DNA of 64,000 nucleotides, taken from assembly GCA_010093815.1 (NCBI GenBank), contig ML996583.1, one strand, 5' to 3'. This DNA is from Pseudovirgaria hyperparasitica. Taxonomy: Eukaryota. A model generated the notes under the pieces. The model saw nothing but the letters and a program-made list of their open reading frames with translations. It was not told where the DNA came from and ran no database searches. Both the position numbers and the translations under genes were made by a program. This document shows positions 1 to 13,828 of this stretch, piece by piece; the stretch's first letter is position 1, and the number at the start of each line of letters is the position of its first letter.

Positions 1-69
1 GCGGCTCAATGACGCGAGGACGTTACAACGGACCAGCATTGCCGGGTACTCTTTTCTTTGGAGATCCAT
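1..69 (-). CDS. Partial gene: first exon (69-34, MDLQRKEYPAML) and start of intron 1, resembling the N-terminus of fungal Syp1/FCHo-like F-BAR proteins; continues off the window
   Basis: ATG at 69 and a GTCCGT donor at 33. The 12-aa peptide resembles the ME/DLxRxEYPAML start I recall for Pezizomycotina Syp1-like proteins. Only 12 aa are visible. Confidence 0.45.
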   Translation of the reverse strand, partial: MDLQRKEYPAMLVRCNVLASLSR

Positions 70-472
70 CGTGAGCGCAATAGTATCGCGAAAGCCAGAC
101 AAAGAAAATGGTATTAAAGTCCCATATATCAGAGGGAGTGGTAGACGTAGACCAGTACGTCGTGCATTATGACACGAGAGAAGCTGCCGTGAAGGAGGAC
201 GTTAGGGTAGCTGGCCGCTCGGCAAAGACCACGCCGCCGCCGAAGCTGGCCTGGGCCAGGTGCATGACTATAAAATGCCGAGCATCAACAATCACGCTGC
301 CACGTTGACGCAAACTGCGTGACTGATCAAAGAACGCGTACACTGCTCACAGATGTCGTGATTATCTATCAAGGCTCACCAATCTTGAATTGATTTGCTA
401 TCGAACCATACAGACAGAACCTCTTAACTCTTGTTCACCAGGCAATAAAAGGTCTATATTTCGAAAACACTC

Positions 473-1932
473 ATGGCAACAGCATGGAGAACCGAGTTGA
501 GTTTTTCGGACCGGCTCGCTAACGTCCATAAAATGTAGGTCGGCACGCCCGCCTGCCAAAGCTGGTCTAACATTTGTATATAGCAGCTTCACATATCGAG
601 GGGCCAGTTCATCTGCGACGCCTGCCGAAGCGCAGGGTGAAGCTACCTCTGTTGAGACCGCAGCCTTCAATGAAGCTACCTCTGTAGTATGTGGTCAAGC
701 TAAGTTATCTGAGACAAGTGGTGATTGATCAGGCAGATTACCAAGAGAGGTGCTCCGCATTCATCAAGAATTTGAACAGAGATGGGCTTCTTAGCACTCC
801 CAAGGCAAGACAACCAGGCTACAGCTGGTCGGCAAAGCAGACATTGACTCGGGCACGTTTAGAACACACAAGACAACCAGCGGGGTGATACGAGCGTCAA
901 GCTTGATCTTGGCAGTTATAAAGGTGCCACATTTTACGAAAATGGCCTTTTTTCAGCCATCTACAAAGCAACTGCACCAAGTCAGAAACCCCCCGATGCT
1001 TCTGAGGTATACAAACCTGGTGCACTAGTTGCCCTGAAGTTGACGAGACCATCTACCATGGGACCACCACACGACTCTCTACGAGAAGCGCGAATCTTAA
1101 GGTACGCCCAGGGTCCAGGTATCGTTCCTCTGTGGGATTCATTTCATCGATCAGGGGGCGAGTTTGTCCTTGTGTTTCCGTTCTTGCGTCACGATCTAGA
1201 GGAGCTCCTGGTTCAGAGAAACTTGTCCAAGGAACAAGCCGTCTTGATACTGCGAGATGTGTTCACTGCCCTGGCTCATATTCATTCCAAGGGTATTATT
1301 CACCGAGATGTAAAACCGAGTAACATTCTGATCAAATCACTCGACGGTCCTGCATACTTGGCAGATTTTGGTATCGCCTGGTCTGAGAGTGATTCTGCGT
1401 CTGAGAAAGCAGACAGGAAGATTACTGATGTAGGTACAACCAGCTACAGGCCTCCTGAGCTTCTGTTCGGTCATCAAAGCTATACTTCTGCCTCTGATAT
1501 GTGGGCAGCCGGATGCGTTGTGGCTGAAGTCGTCAATCATAGCCAAAAACCCCTATTTGAATCTGGTGAGTTGGGCAGCGAATTGACTCTTATTCACAGC
1601 ATGTTCCAGAAGTTGGGTACACCAACTTTAGATGTTTGGCCTGTAGGTGACGTCAATATTTTCTGTTCCTGACCCAATCTTGACCCTCTCCCAGGAAGCT
1701 GCGAAATTTAGAGATTGGGGCAAGATGCAGTTCTTCCGATACCCTCCTCGATCATGGTCTGACTTGCTTCCCCACGCCTCGGAAGTTGAGCGTGATCTTG
1801 TGAGGAGATTGGTCTGCTTCGAGAGTGGCCAGCGTCTGAGTGCAGTTGATGTACGAGACCCATGCTAACTATCCATCTGAAGAAGAGGCGCTAATTGACG
1901 TCCAGGCCCTGCGTCATCCATATTTCCTGTGA
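473..1932 (+). CDS. CMGC/CDK-like Ser/Thr kinase, probable CDK-activating kinase (Csk1/Cak1-like). Exons 473-534, 584-686, 733-804, 863-1642, 1695-1850, 1906-1932
   Basis: Spliced frame starts MATAWRTELSFSDRL and contains VALK, HRDVKPSN, LADFG, DVGTTSYRPPELLFG, DMWAAGCV and ALRHPYF. Introns have CTRAC/TTGAC-type branch points; one needs a GC donor. Confidence 0.85.
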
Positions 1933-2491
1933 AGCGAACAATAAGTCATGGAAATGGCAGCCGAGTCGTACAGCAATGAATGACACGTGCAATGAAAGGA
2001 GAAGGGGATGTGTACATAAGTCTTATAATGCCACCCATATTCGGGCATATAGAAATTAGCAGAAGCGTAACATACTGCAATGATGCGCTGGCAACTCCGA
2101 GAGTGCCGGTGATGATTTGAAGGAATTGAGATAGGTACTATACCGTGCCATGCGCTATGCTGGTCACAAATGCAGGGACAGCTAGCAACCAAGGTTGGAA
2201 GCACTCGTGGGCCCTTGCTAGCCTCTCTTAGTGGTAGGACGGCCCTGGCTACTTTGCTGGCGGGCCACCTCCCATCGCGGCCCAAGCCATCACAGCGTGC
2301 ATGCGAAACCCTATGTCTGAACAGTTGCAGAACGCCCATCTCACAGCCCCTTCAACTTCCTGACTGTGCGCCGTGTATGCATTTACGTCAAACGTAGCGC
2401 TTCTTCCAGGGGCTCAATCATCTGCCCCTCCTCTCGCTGCGCCTCCGAGTCCTCAGCTGTATCACGGCAGATCAACAAACATTGATGGACA

Positions 2492-3882
2492 ATGGCGTTC
2501 AATATTTTCAATAGGAACCGACAAAAGAGCAACCCAGAGCTGGCAAAATCATTGAAGGAGGTGCTCCAACGGTACATAAGCGAGGAGAAGGCAAACCCCA
2601 AGGTCTTTCCCACCCCGCACTCAGCCGCTCAGATAGTTGTGCCTAACTGCTGCTTCAGACCGAGGAAGAATTATCTCGGAGTCTTACGCAGATGAAAACG
2701 GTTCTCCAAGGCACTACAGGTACGTCTAGTTTGGGAGCAGAGTCTCACTCTCAGTTACCACACAACTGGGCTTACCAAAACCGTCTCTGTCTATTGTCGT
2801 CCGTACAGTACTGACATTTGAGCAGAGCTAGAAGTTAGTCCAGACCAGCAGCATGGCCTTATCTCCGCGCTTCTGCAGGAAGATGTCCTCCTCTACCTAG
2901 CAAAGAGCATCCATCGGCTGCCCTTCGAGTCGAGGAAAGACACTCAGGTGATCATGTCCAGTGCGTTTCGGTTCAAGCCGCCGAACAGTCCAGATCTCGA
3001 CCCTATAGCTATAAACTGGGTCGTGAAGCGACGACCAGAAATAATAACGGCACTCTGCTATGGGTACGATCGGAAAGAAAGCGCGATGCCGTGCGGAGGA
3101 GTACTGAGGGAAGCCTTGAAGCACGAAGTTGTTGCTGCGATTGTCTTGTATGATGAGCCAAATCCGGATGGTAAACCTCTGGACCTGGCCAACATAAATC
3201 TCGATGCTCCAGTGAGCGGAAATGGTGTATTTTGGAACTTCTTCGATTGGATAGATAAGGGAGCTTTCGAAGTCAGCGCCGATGCATTCAACACTTTCAG
3301 GGTATATCTTCTCTCGAGATCTAGGGTAACACGCTAATCACAATGTAGGAGCTCTTGACCAAACACAAAGGCTTAGTTGCACGGTATCTACAAGCCAATT
3401 TTGACAGTTTTTTTGCCAAGTACAATAAAACATTGGTACAATCGGAAAGCTACGTCACTAAGAGACAATCGATCAAGTTGCTTGGGGAGATATTACTCGA
3501 CAGATCCAATTACAACATCATGACTAAATATGTCGATATCGGGGAGCACTTAAAGATTATTATGCGGTTGCTGAAAGATGACCGAAAGATGATAAACTAC
3601 GAAGGTTTCCACGTATTCAAGGTGCCATATGCCCCAAAGACATAACACCAGACTCAAAACTGACTTAAGAAGGTCTTTGTGGCAAATCCGAACAAGTCGA
3701 TGGAAGTACAGAAGATACTGATTGGCAACCGAGACAAACTTCTCAAGTTTCTTCCCGCATTTCTGCAAGACCGACAGGATGACGACCAGTTTATGGACGA
3801 GAAGAGTTTCTTGATCCGGCAGATCGAGCTGCTCCCACCGGCACCAATGCTCACACAGCAGCCGGTAGCACGGAACTATTAG
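2492..3882 (+). CDS. hym1: Hym1/Mo25 (CAB39) RAM/MOR network scaffold. Exons 2492-2602, 2659-2719, 2826-3301, 3349-3621, 3673-3882
   Basis: Mo25 motifs LPFESRKD, FEVSADAFNTFRELLT, SYVTKRQSIKLLGEILLDRSN, EGFHVFKVFVANPNK and DDDQFMDEK. All GT-AG introns join in frame. Confidence 0.93.
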
Positions 3883-6393
3883 CGATTGTATGTATGTTTG
3901 CATTGCGTATGGCGTTTGGGAAGACGGGCACTTAAAACACTGGGAGGAGTTTGAATAGTCAAGCCTTTTGGGCCTTTGAGGGTTCTGGTGGATGGTGCGG
4001 GTTTAGGGTCATGGAATAGGTACAAGTAGAAACATACGACGCATATCTCGAGTATTGCATATCAGCACGACATTAAGTGGGCATCGATAAAGATATCTTA
4101 GAGCAGCAGAGACTGACTGAATTGGAAGGAGGAGGCTAATCATAAAGCGAGACACATTCTGAAGGACTCCCACGACTGTGTTGGTCGTGGCCCGGGGGTG
4201 GATTTACAGGGGTAAGGCTACGACTACTCCACGTTCTAGCCACGTTCCATGGCCGACATGTTCCCAGAGTTGAGCGTGAAGGATATTTCGTCTCTATTCT
4301 TGTTCTTGGCTCATAAGCACTGGCATGTTTGATGGAGGGATTATGATGAATCAGCGAACTACTGGAGCACTATAACTCTAGCGGACGGAGTTTCTACGAT
4401 GCAGTGATATCTCGCATGCATACTTGCACATACGCCTCTCACGATGACATGGACTTTGGGGGGTGGACGAGTTGGGGAAGCTAGCTAGTCGGGAGTGACG
4501 GAGTCAAGGGAATTAAGGGAAGGGGAGGGTCGGCGCTTGAGGATCCATGGCTTGTGGGGCCAGGGGTGTGTGTCGTATCATCTCAGCAGCCTGGATGTAA
4601 CGTATTATAAGAGCGTCAGCGTGAGCATGCATGTACGACTCCATGGTAATAATTACAGTCTGAGGGTTTCCTTTAGAGAGACAAAAGGGGGCTGGTTAGC
4701 AGTCATGAGGCGAGCCAAGCGCAGGTGAGGCTATTGCTATACCTACAGCCATGATTTCTCCATTATTGTATAATCATAAGTTATTGTAAGTCCACTGTCG
4801 CTGTCAAAGCTGCGGACCAGGGCCCGAGACTGGGCTGGGTCGAGCGGGTCAAGCTCCCGGAATGACGCACCACGCTCCCTCCGCTGACGGTGTGATGTCA
4901 GAGGGGCCGCGGAGTATGCTCCACATTCCCATCCACAGCGTCCTCTAAAGCTACGCCTTATGCCATAATTGACAAAAAATTGTGTACGGGGATTTTGGTT
5001 GATTCAATGTATATTAGTGCCAGGCGGTTCTGAAGTTTCTTTCAATAGAGTGCATAACTAACGCCGTTGTGCACGATTCGATTTGAACGCAATTACCCCG
5101 TCTCGTGTGTTTGCCATCCAAGCTCTGCCTAGAAGGGTTTGCAATGGCATGTAGAGGAATCCTTGGACAGCTGAGGCTGAGCGATAGGCTGAGAAGAAGT
5201 CCGATCATGGCTGGAAGAATGCGTTGGTTAATAACAGTGACTACTGTCAACTCGCTTTTGCGTACGCCGTAGCACAAATGAGGCGTCAGGTATCATTCGA
5301 TAGAGTTTATGCTTTCCAATAGGGGCTCAGTGCTGTCGTGGATACCTACCTGAATACTATTACTTGACTGTGCCGTTGAGTGGCTTCTGGGGCTATCAGA
5401 GGCTCTTGGTCGAATCAGGCGCATTACGAAGCTTATTATTCGACAGTCTAACATAGGACATATTTTAGCGAAAAATAGGAAGTATAATGGCTCGATACGA
5501 TCTCCGGTGTAGTATAGTTGTTCTGCCATACAATCAAACACTCTCGCGCAGCCAGGTGGATATAGGTGAGCAACAACAATGAACTCTTTCTTGGACATGA
5601 CAGACAGACCTTCGCTGTTATAGTTGGTTTCTGACCATGTCTGCCAAGAATTTGCTTGCCCGTCCCTAGGAAGTGTCCCGTCTGGCTGCACGATGCCTAA
5701 TTACTACTCCTACCTGGGTAGCTTAATTAGTTAATACTTCCCTCCCCTATCCTATCCTATCCTATGATTCCTATCTCCACGATTCCACGCCCTGTTAAAC
5801 GAGTGTAAGCGCACCGAACTCTGACTTTGTTATTGCTTGCCCCTTGCCTTCCTTTGCTTCACCACGGCCTCCTGTACTGTGACCTTTCTCTTCGAATCCT
5901 GCCACTCTCACCCTCTGCTCTTCACATTCTCCACTGCTGTACGCGTGCTCTCTCGTCGCGAGGCAGGGTCCCTGCTGTCGCTCACCCTACGTCATCGACG
6001 GGCGCTAGAGCCACGTTAGCCACGCCCTGGGAACGGTGAACGGTCTGCAAGCATTATTAGGTCTCTCCGTCTGGCTCACTTCTACACACACACACATCTT
6101 GTCGCAAAGTATTGTGTACAGCCCAGGCCCGCCCTGCGCTGCACACCATACTACACCATCACCTACAAGGGTTTCCATTCCACACCTCCCACTGCAACCG
6201 ATTCGGATGCCCCGTCCGTGATCGCTTTCAGTCCTAGCGCTGCTCTGTTCGCCGTGCCTGCTGCTTGCCCGCCGCTCGTTACGTTCCGTCTCGTCTTGTC
6301 GCTCTCTCACGTTTCTTCTGATGGGGACACACGTCTCACGTAGCCACACATTTCACTCCTAGATTTGACCGCTATACTGGAGGCGGGCACGTC

Positions 6394-9300
6394 ATGAAGA
6401 AGTCCTCCCCTCTTCCTTCGCCTAAGTCCACGAAACCGTCATCTACCCCAGCCAAGCAACGTTCCACCACGACCTTGACTCATAATGCGCAATTCAGCAA
6501 CCCTCTATCCCACACACAAACTCGACCTCGCTTAAGAAGGGAGGCCAGAAAGAGTAGTAGTCCAGAGGAAATAACATCGCTGCTGGAGCCTACACGCAAC
6601 AGTCAAGCAAATGCATTGAGCAGTCAGCATGCCACACTTCCAAGGAGCAATATAAGCACCACTTCAGAAAGCGCCGACGAGGATACCGAGGACAGTTTTA
6701 GTGGGCCGTTATCAGATGTTAAGGAATATGAGGAGGGTAAATCTCCTGAGCACATCGAAATAGAACGATTGAAGGAAGCATTGTCCGCGAAGATGGCGGC
6801 GAACCAGCAAAGAGCAATATCGAGTATGAGCCCTAAGCAAAGTCCAGGTGGGAGAACGCCTGTCAGTGTAGCAGCACGTAGGGTGTCACCCATAAAGGAG
6901 GAAATAACAGATATGTCGCCATCTCTAGAGGCATCTTTTAGCAGTCCACCTCCATCGGCTGGGCTGCACACAGCATCAACAGAATCTACAGAATCAGTCA
7001 GAACAATCAAAGGAAGTGTACCGCCTACACCAAGTGCATTGCCACTACGGACGCCGTCGTATCCATTTCCATATGTCCCAGGCACTCCTCGAACGTGGTC
7101 GTCATCCTTCCATCAACCATTCACCAATCTCTCACCAACAATCGACTCGCTCAACATCAGAGGACAGCCGACAGTACGCGAACAGTTCACGTCAGGGGAT
7201 AGCACACCTGCGGCCTCCGTCTCGGCATTCCTACCACCTAGTAACGAGATTGAGGATCCGCGATATCCTTCACCAAACCTCTATGATACAATCTTGTTGT
7301 TGAATTCTGAACCGGGCCTCGAAGCTTGGTGGTCAACTGTGGTGAAATTATGTCACGAATGGTTTGGCGCCGAAAGAGCTTCACTGTCCGTCCCTGCGGA
7401 CGCGTCAGATCAGAACGTTCCTTGGACACAGCAAGCTACTTACAATGCCTCAGGCAGACGCATAGCTGCCACAGCCGCGCAAACGTCGAGTTCCATCGCG
7501 AAAGCTTCGGACCTATCCATCTCACGCTCACCAGAAGAGGCCACCGACCTTGTCGGAGGCCTAATTCAAGGTGGGAGCAAGAGAAGACCAAAGCTTGAGG
7601 CGCGTCACTCTTACGCTGGTCCAGAGCGACAAAGAAAAGATGCGACTTTGGACACAAACAAGGCCGTGAGTCGGCCCGAAAGGCCAGGACCTCCATCACG
7701 GACCGCCAGCCATGTTCCCCGGACTTTGACCCGTGGAGAACACCCTTTACGTCATGTGTCTCCCGTATCTTATGATGGCGCGAGATCACCATCGAGGGGA
7801 AACACGTTCAGCGATCCAGAATTCTCGAGTCCCGGCGATGCCTCTGATAGGCCTTGTTTGTTGGTATACCCACAGAAACAACCACTGAATGTTGAGCAAG
7901 ATCCTCTTATCGACGACGCAGGAGTGAACCGTATCTTAGAAAAAGGGAGGCTGGTCACCCTTACCCGTGACTACAGCGTCTCATGGAGCTCTGAATCAAG
8001 TCCTGAAGGTCTTAAGAGGAGTCAACTACCGAAGAATGCTCCTGGACAGTCCGCTAGTCTACAGCCACAGCGACAGACAGACGTGAAGGACAAACCTAAT
8101 CATCCGTCCAGGACAACCAAGCTCGAATCCCATTCGTCCAAGCGTACAGTTCCATATGAAGAATATGAACAGCTGCCGTCATCACCCTGGGCTCAATCAC
8201 CTCACCCGTCGCCAGCAGTCCAGAATGACCCGAATGAGGATCCTTTCTTTGGTCAAACCAACGTCGACGATACTTTTGACCCTACCAGTGCGTCCGGTGA
8301 TTATTCAGGGACTGTTCCGGTCGAGGCGATTGGGGTTGATAGGGCCAGTACTATTACCCATGTCCCTTTAATACATCCGCTTTTGTCACAAGTAGTCCAT
8401 CCATCCGAGACTTCGTCCTTCCACCATACAACGCACACGGATTTACGGAACAGGAGATACAGGCGTTCTTCAAAGGCCTCGATGCCTAATGAGGAGAGTT
8501 CAGATCGCAAAGTACCAATAGCTATACTCTCCTTCATGTCGTCTGAGGTGCCTTTCCCACAGAACTGGACCAATTCCTTGAAGCTGTTGGCACCCCATCT
8601 GGCGACGACATATTCCAACGCTGCACAGTTCTCAGAAGCGTTTGATCAAGCCCAAAACCTGAGACTTACTCGCTTTCAAATAAGCCAGACTGGTTACACT
8701 CCCATGACCAATGATTCCCAGAGTCTTCATAGTTTGTTACGCTTAGATTTGGGATCATATCAAGAAACAACCCCAGGTGAGACGACCAGCCCATCAGACT
8801 ACTCGGGTCACTCTCGCCCAAGTCCTGGTAGCACCTCAATGGTTGGTACGCCAGGGTGGGACACGTCGATGTATGGTGTCAGTGGTCGACATTCTGTCGT
8901 AGGCACTCCGGCCCAAATCAGTAACATGGATGCGATTGACAGCTATTTTGATTCCAAGAAAATAATCATGGGTGCCAAATCATCACAATCGAGTCAGCCA
9001 GTATCAAAATCCCCGAGCGTTGATAGAGCATTGTCGCGAAAGAAGCTAACGGAAAGCGGCCCCGTCAATGAAACGGATGATGCCATCACGCCCAAAGATA
9101 GCCAGAAATCAGATTATTCTCGTGAGGATCCCCGAAAGCCAGTTCAAGCTCGCGAGGCTGAAAATGTAGGTCCACGAAAACTTGAGGCACAAGGTACTTC
9201 ATACTTACATGAGAAGAAGCACTCGCTACTTCATTCGTACGGGGCGAATTTCTCTTCGAGCTTCCACCCTTTGCCTACAGCGACTACTCCGCGAACTCCT

Positions 9301-12300
9301 GGATTAGCTCACAATCGCAAATCATCAGCCTCGGAAATACCAGACTTAGTACAACCATCTTCGACGTTGCTGCGAACCATCATCGACTCCTTACCCGTAC
9401 AGATATTCACCGCGGCCCCTGCAACAGGTAATCTGACATGGGTGAATTCCAAATTCTTAGTCTATAGAGGACAGAGCCCCAAGCAAGCCTTGCAGGAGCC
9501 ATGGAATGCCATACATGAAGAGGATCGAGATGGTTACATGGAACAATGGCATAGATCACTTCGTACGGGAGCTCAATTGGCAATTAAAGTTAGACTGCTA
9601 AGGTTCGACGGTACATATCGCTGGTTCTTTGTTCGTGCAGCGCCATTAAAGGATAAGCGTCAGAATATAGTACACTGGATGGGAACGAACATGGACTTCC
9701 ACGATCAACACTTGGCAGAGATGAATTCAGCACGCCAACAAGAGGTAGCTGCTTCGGAGGCCAAGTACCGAGCCCTCGCAAATTCGAGTCCACAAATCGT
9801 CTTCGCTGCGACACAAACTAAAGGCGTTATATTCTGCAACTCGCAATGGGTCGTCTTTTCAGGACAAAGCGAGAGCGAGGCCTCTGGCGTGGGTTTCATG
9901 AACCACGTTCACCCGGACGATATTTCGAAGTGTCGATTACCTACTTTTGATGAGGATGGATCAGCCGTTATAGATGCCCCAATTACCGTTCATGCAGAGG
10001 GCCCAAAGAGTCCCTCGCCACCAGGTTCCGAAGCCTCATCAGAGACCGAGCGGATCACGAGTCCAAGTCCTGGTAATATTACCTCTCCCTCGGTGGCAGG
10101 CATCCCACAGGCGAGGCTGTCTAGATTAGCAAGTGCTGGGATAACGAAAATGACCAAAGACCTGGATGGTCGTCCATCGTATGCAACGGAAGTACGCCTA
10201 CGCTCCAAAGATGGTATCTACCGATGGCATCTCGTGCGCATACTTCTGGCAGAGCCTGTCTTCAAGGACGGCAATGAGGAAGACACTTGGTACGGTACCT
10301 GCACAGACATCAACGACCACAAACTACTTGAGGCAACTCTCAAAGAGACAATGGATGCAAAGACAAGATTTCTCAGTAACATGTCTCACGAGATCAGGAC
10401 ACCTCTGAATGGCATTACAGGAATGGTCAATTTTCTTATTGATAGCAGTCTTACTGCTGAACAGATGGAACATATCAACATTATCCGTAGTAGCACAGAA
10501 GGCCTTCGCGATCTGATCAACGACATCCTTGATCTGTCAAAGGTCGAGGCTGGCATGATCACGCTTTCGCCACAATGGTTCTCCGTTCGTGAACTCATCG
10601 AGGATGTCAACGATTTGACTTCTGGTATGGCGGTCGAGAAGGGTCTTCAATTGAACTACGTCCTTGAACCCGATGTGCCGCACGATTTGAAGGGCGACAA
10701 GTTCCGCATACGACAGGTTCTCTTAAACGTCATAGGCAATGCGATCAAATTCACGGATACAGGTGAAGTGTTCATGCAGTGCCGAGTTGCCTCAGATACT
10801 TCAGGTGTCGAGCTTCCCAAAGACAACGAAATTCTGCTCCAGTTCCAGGTCATAGACACTGGCAAAGGATTCACGGAGAAAGAAGCAGAATTCTTGTTCA
10901 AACGTTTTAGCCAGATTGACGGCAGTAGCACACGACAACACGGTGGCACTGGACTGGGACTTGCCATATCCATGCAGCTTGTTGAGCTACATGGCGGTAA
11001 GATGAAGGCTTCGAGTGTTCCTGGCAAAGGCTCAACATTCACTTTCACGGTGAAGTTCCAATTTCCATCGGGCGATGACCGACCAAGTCCAGGTACTGCT
11101 CAAGAGCCATACAATTTGCCAACACCATTCACCGATGAACCTCCTCGCATTGAAAAGAAGTTTTCAGTAGCTTATGGTTCTCCAGGCCATCAATTGGTGG
11201 AGTCACCAATGTCTCATGCGTCCGAGTCTCCAGCGCCTTCTTCCGCAAGTTCTGATCCCTCAGTGCGGACTATTGATTCTGTTCATTCTCAACGATCATC
11301 CGTTTCCTCTTTCAGCGCTGACAAGGCATCACTTAAGCCGATCACTTTGTCAATGCCTGCCGAGATTGCTCGTGCCCGAGGGTCCATACCAGATATTAAA
11401 CAGCCTCTAGGATCGCCGTTGCCAGCCATCTCCTCTCAGCCACCAATGTACTCTATCCTAGTTGTCTGCCCACTTGAATATAGCAGCCAAGCCACCGTCA
11501 AGCATCTGGAGAGCACGCTTCCTACAAGCATCCCGCACCAGATTACAGCCCGTGAGAGTCTCGAGGAGTGCAAACAGATGCTAGGGGGCGAGGATCCTGT
11601 CCTTTTCACCCATGTTGTTCTCGTTCTACGCACTGTCCAGGAGAATGTTGAGTTCATTGACCAGGTACTACGTTTCGGCCCGGCACACTCGACTACCACC
11701 GTCGTTGTCGTATGCGATTTGACCTTGAAACGAGAAATTATACAAAAGGCCCCCTACCACGATTTTGACAGGCTCAAGATAGACGCTCGTCTTGTTTTCA
11801 TCTTCAAACCACTCAAGCCGTCTAAAATATCAGCAATCTTTGATCCGAGGAAAGAAAGAGGCATGCTGACGGACCGCTCGCACGATAATGCTCAACAAGT
11901 CGCAGTCAGCCAAAAACAGGTATTCGAAGAGTTGAAACGAAGGCTTGGAAACAGGGGCCTGCGTGTTCTCTTGGTCGAAGACAACCAAATCAACCAGACT
12001 GTAATCGTTGCAATACCCAACCGATTGGCAAGCATGCTAATGTGTCTATAGGTACTTCTCAAATTCCTTGGTAAGATCGACATTGATGTCGAGACCGTAC
12101 TCGATGGAGTACAATGCACAGACAAGGTGTTTGCTCATCCTCATGGTTACTATTCCATCATCCTGGTAAGTTTCAAAACACTCATGTCTACACAAGCTTA
12201 CTTTGTTGTTCTAGTGCGATCTGCACATGCCTAATAAAGATGGGTACCAAACCTGCCGCGAGATCCGCAAGTGGGAGAAGCGCAACAAGTTCCCTTACTT

Positions 12301-12487
12301 GCCCATTATTGCACTATCGGCCAATGTTCTTGGCGATGTGTACACACAATGCGTGGATGCCGGCTTTAACTCGTACGTCACGAAACCGGTCGATTTCAAA
12401 GTTCTCAGTGGCGTCATGAACAAATTTTTGGATCCTGAGGACAAGACGCGCCCAATCGAGTTTATGAAGCCGCTCAAGAAAGGATAA
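6394..12487 (+). CDS. Hybrid two-component histidine kinase, PAS-PAS-HisKA-HATPase-REC (probably group V, HHK2/PhkB/Mak1-like). Exons 6394-12000, 12052-12165, 12215-12487
   Basis: Two PAS/PAC segments (AIHEEDR...YRWF; VHPDD...YRWH), H-box FLSNMSHEIRTPLNG, N-box NVIGNAIKFT, G boxes DTGKG and GGTGLGL, receiver VEDN...CDLHMP...VTKP. Confidence 0.92.
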
Positions 12488-13828
12488 CATCCACTCGCGA
12501 GCGCAACTTTTGCCATCACCTTTCGTTCTCGAGCACAGTTATCGAGATTATCGCCGTGACTCGGTTCATAATGAATCAACACACTAGATCTCAAAAAGCC
12601 TAAACCACAGTATCCCAAACACATATTTTACTGAGCCCCCCCTCCCCCCTCCGCTGATACAGCACATTACTGCATCACAACCGGCGCAATGTTAGCGACG
12701 AGGATTCTCATGGTGGCGTTTTGCATAGTACCACACGGTTTTGAATGGTGGTCATGTGCTCAGCAAAGGCAGTTTCTGGCGCACACTTCCATGTTTTTTT
12801 CACATGCGTTATGCGAATGGTGTTGTCGGACGGCGGTATTTTGCAACATTCTGCGCATTCGTTTACATGCTCTGTATTCATTCTTCTCCATGAAAGGCTG
12901 ACAAACCTGGGGGTGGATCTGCGAGGAGAATACAGACCATGACGTTGTATCAGCAGCTCGGGCTGGGGACAGCCGTGCTATTTGCATCATCAGCAATGGA
13001 AAGTCGATAGTAAATCACGACTAAGTGCGCTGCTATGACGTTGGAGATGGACATGGATGTATTGTAGTATGCTTTCGTTTCTATATGTATGCTGGGAGAT
13101 GATCTCCCACCAGCTTTTACCATATCAGGATCTATAAATCCGTGTGATCAGGGGTGATTTATAGGTGGGTCACACGCAATGCGCAAACGGAGGAGCGAGA
13201 GGCTTTTGATGTAAATAGTCCATGATTTTGCCATACACAGTAGAGAAGCCAGCGACAACACGCATGCAGAGAATTAAATAGTTTGCTCTGCACAGACCTT
13301 GTGCGGCACGAAGTTCGACGTCGTCTGCATAGCTACCTACCTGTTTCGGTTGAAATCGATGCAGAGACCCAATCATAGGCCTTGCACATGACGAACAAAG
13401 GCTCTCTTGGGACTCAATACTGTCCTATACGAAGTGAACATCCTCTGGCCTCCCATCCAGGGCCGCATAGGGCTTTGTCCGAGGCGATAGATGCCCCAAC
13501 AAGGAATATATAGGGCATCTAGACGTTTGGCATTACTCTACAGCCAATCACAGGCTCAGACGACGACGTTTAGCGTGCAGTGTCATGATTGGCCAGCGCT
13601 CTTGTGGAAATCTGGCATCAAACCGGGGTCCATAAACTTCCCCATCGATAACGCGAATCAGTTTGTGTTTTCCACTCTTGTAGCTTTGAAGAGCTTTCGT
13701 CGCTCCTTTTGTTGTCCTGGTCGTACTTCTATCCTTCTATCCATGTAACAGCACCTAAAGTGCATTGCGTTCTTGTTTATTCTGTCTCTTATACTCCTTC
13801 CAGCCTCACGGCGGATCTCTAGGGCACG

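Noticed and set aside
638..685. 15-bp direct repeat TGAAGCTACCTCTGT
   Set aside because: It lies in a coding exon (EATSV twice) and is not a target-site duplication.
5014..5691. Minus-strand ORFs of 87 and 132 aa
   Set aside because: Non-ATG starts and no domain signal.
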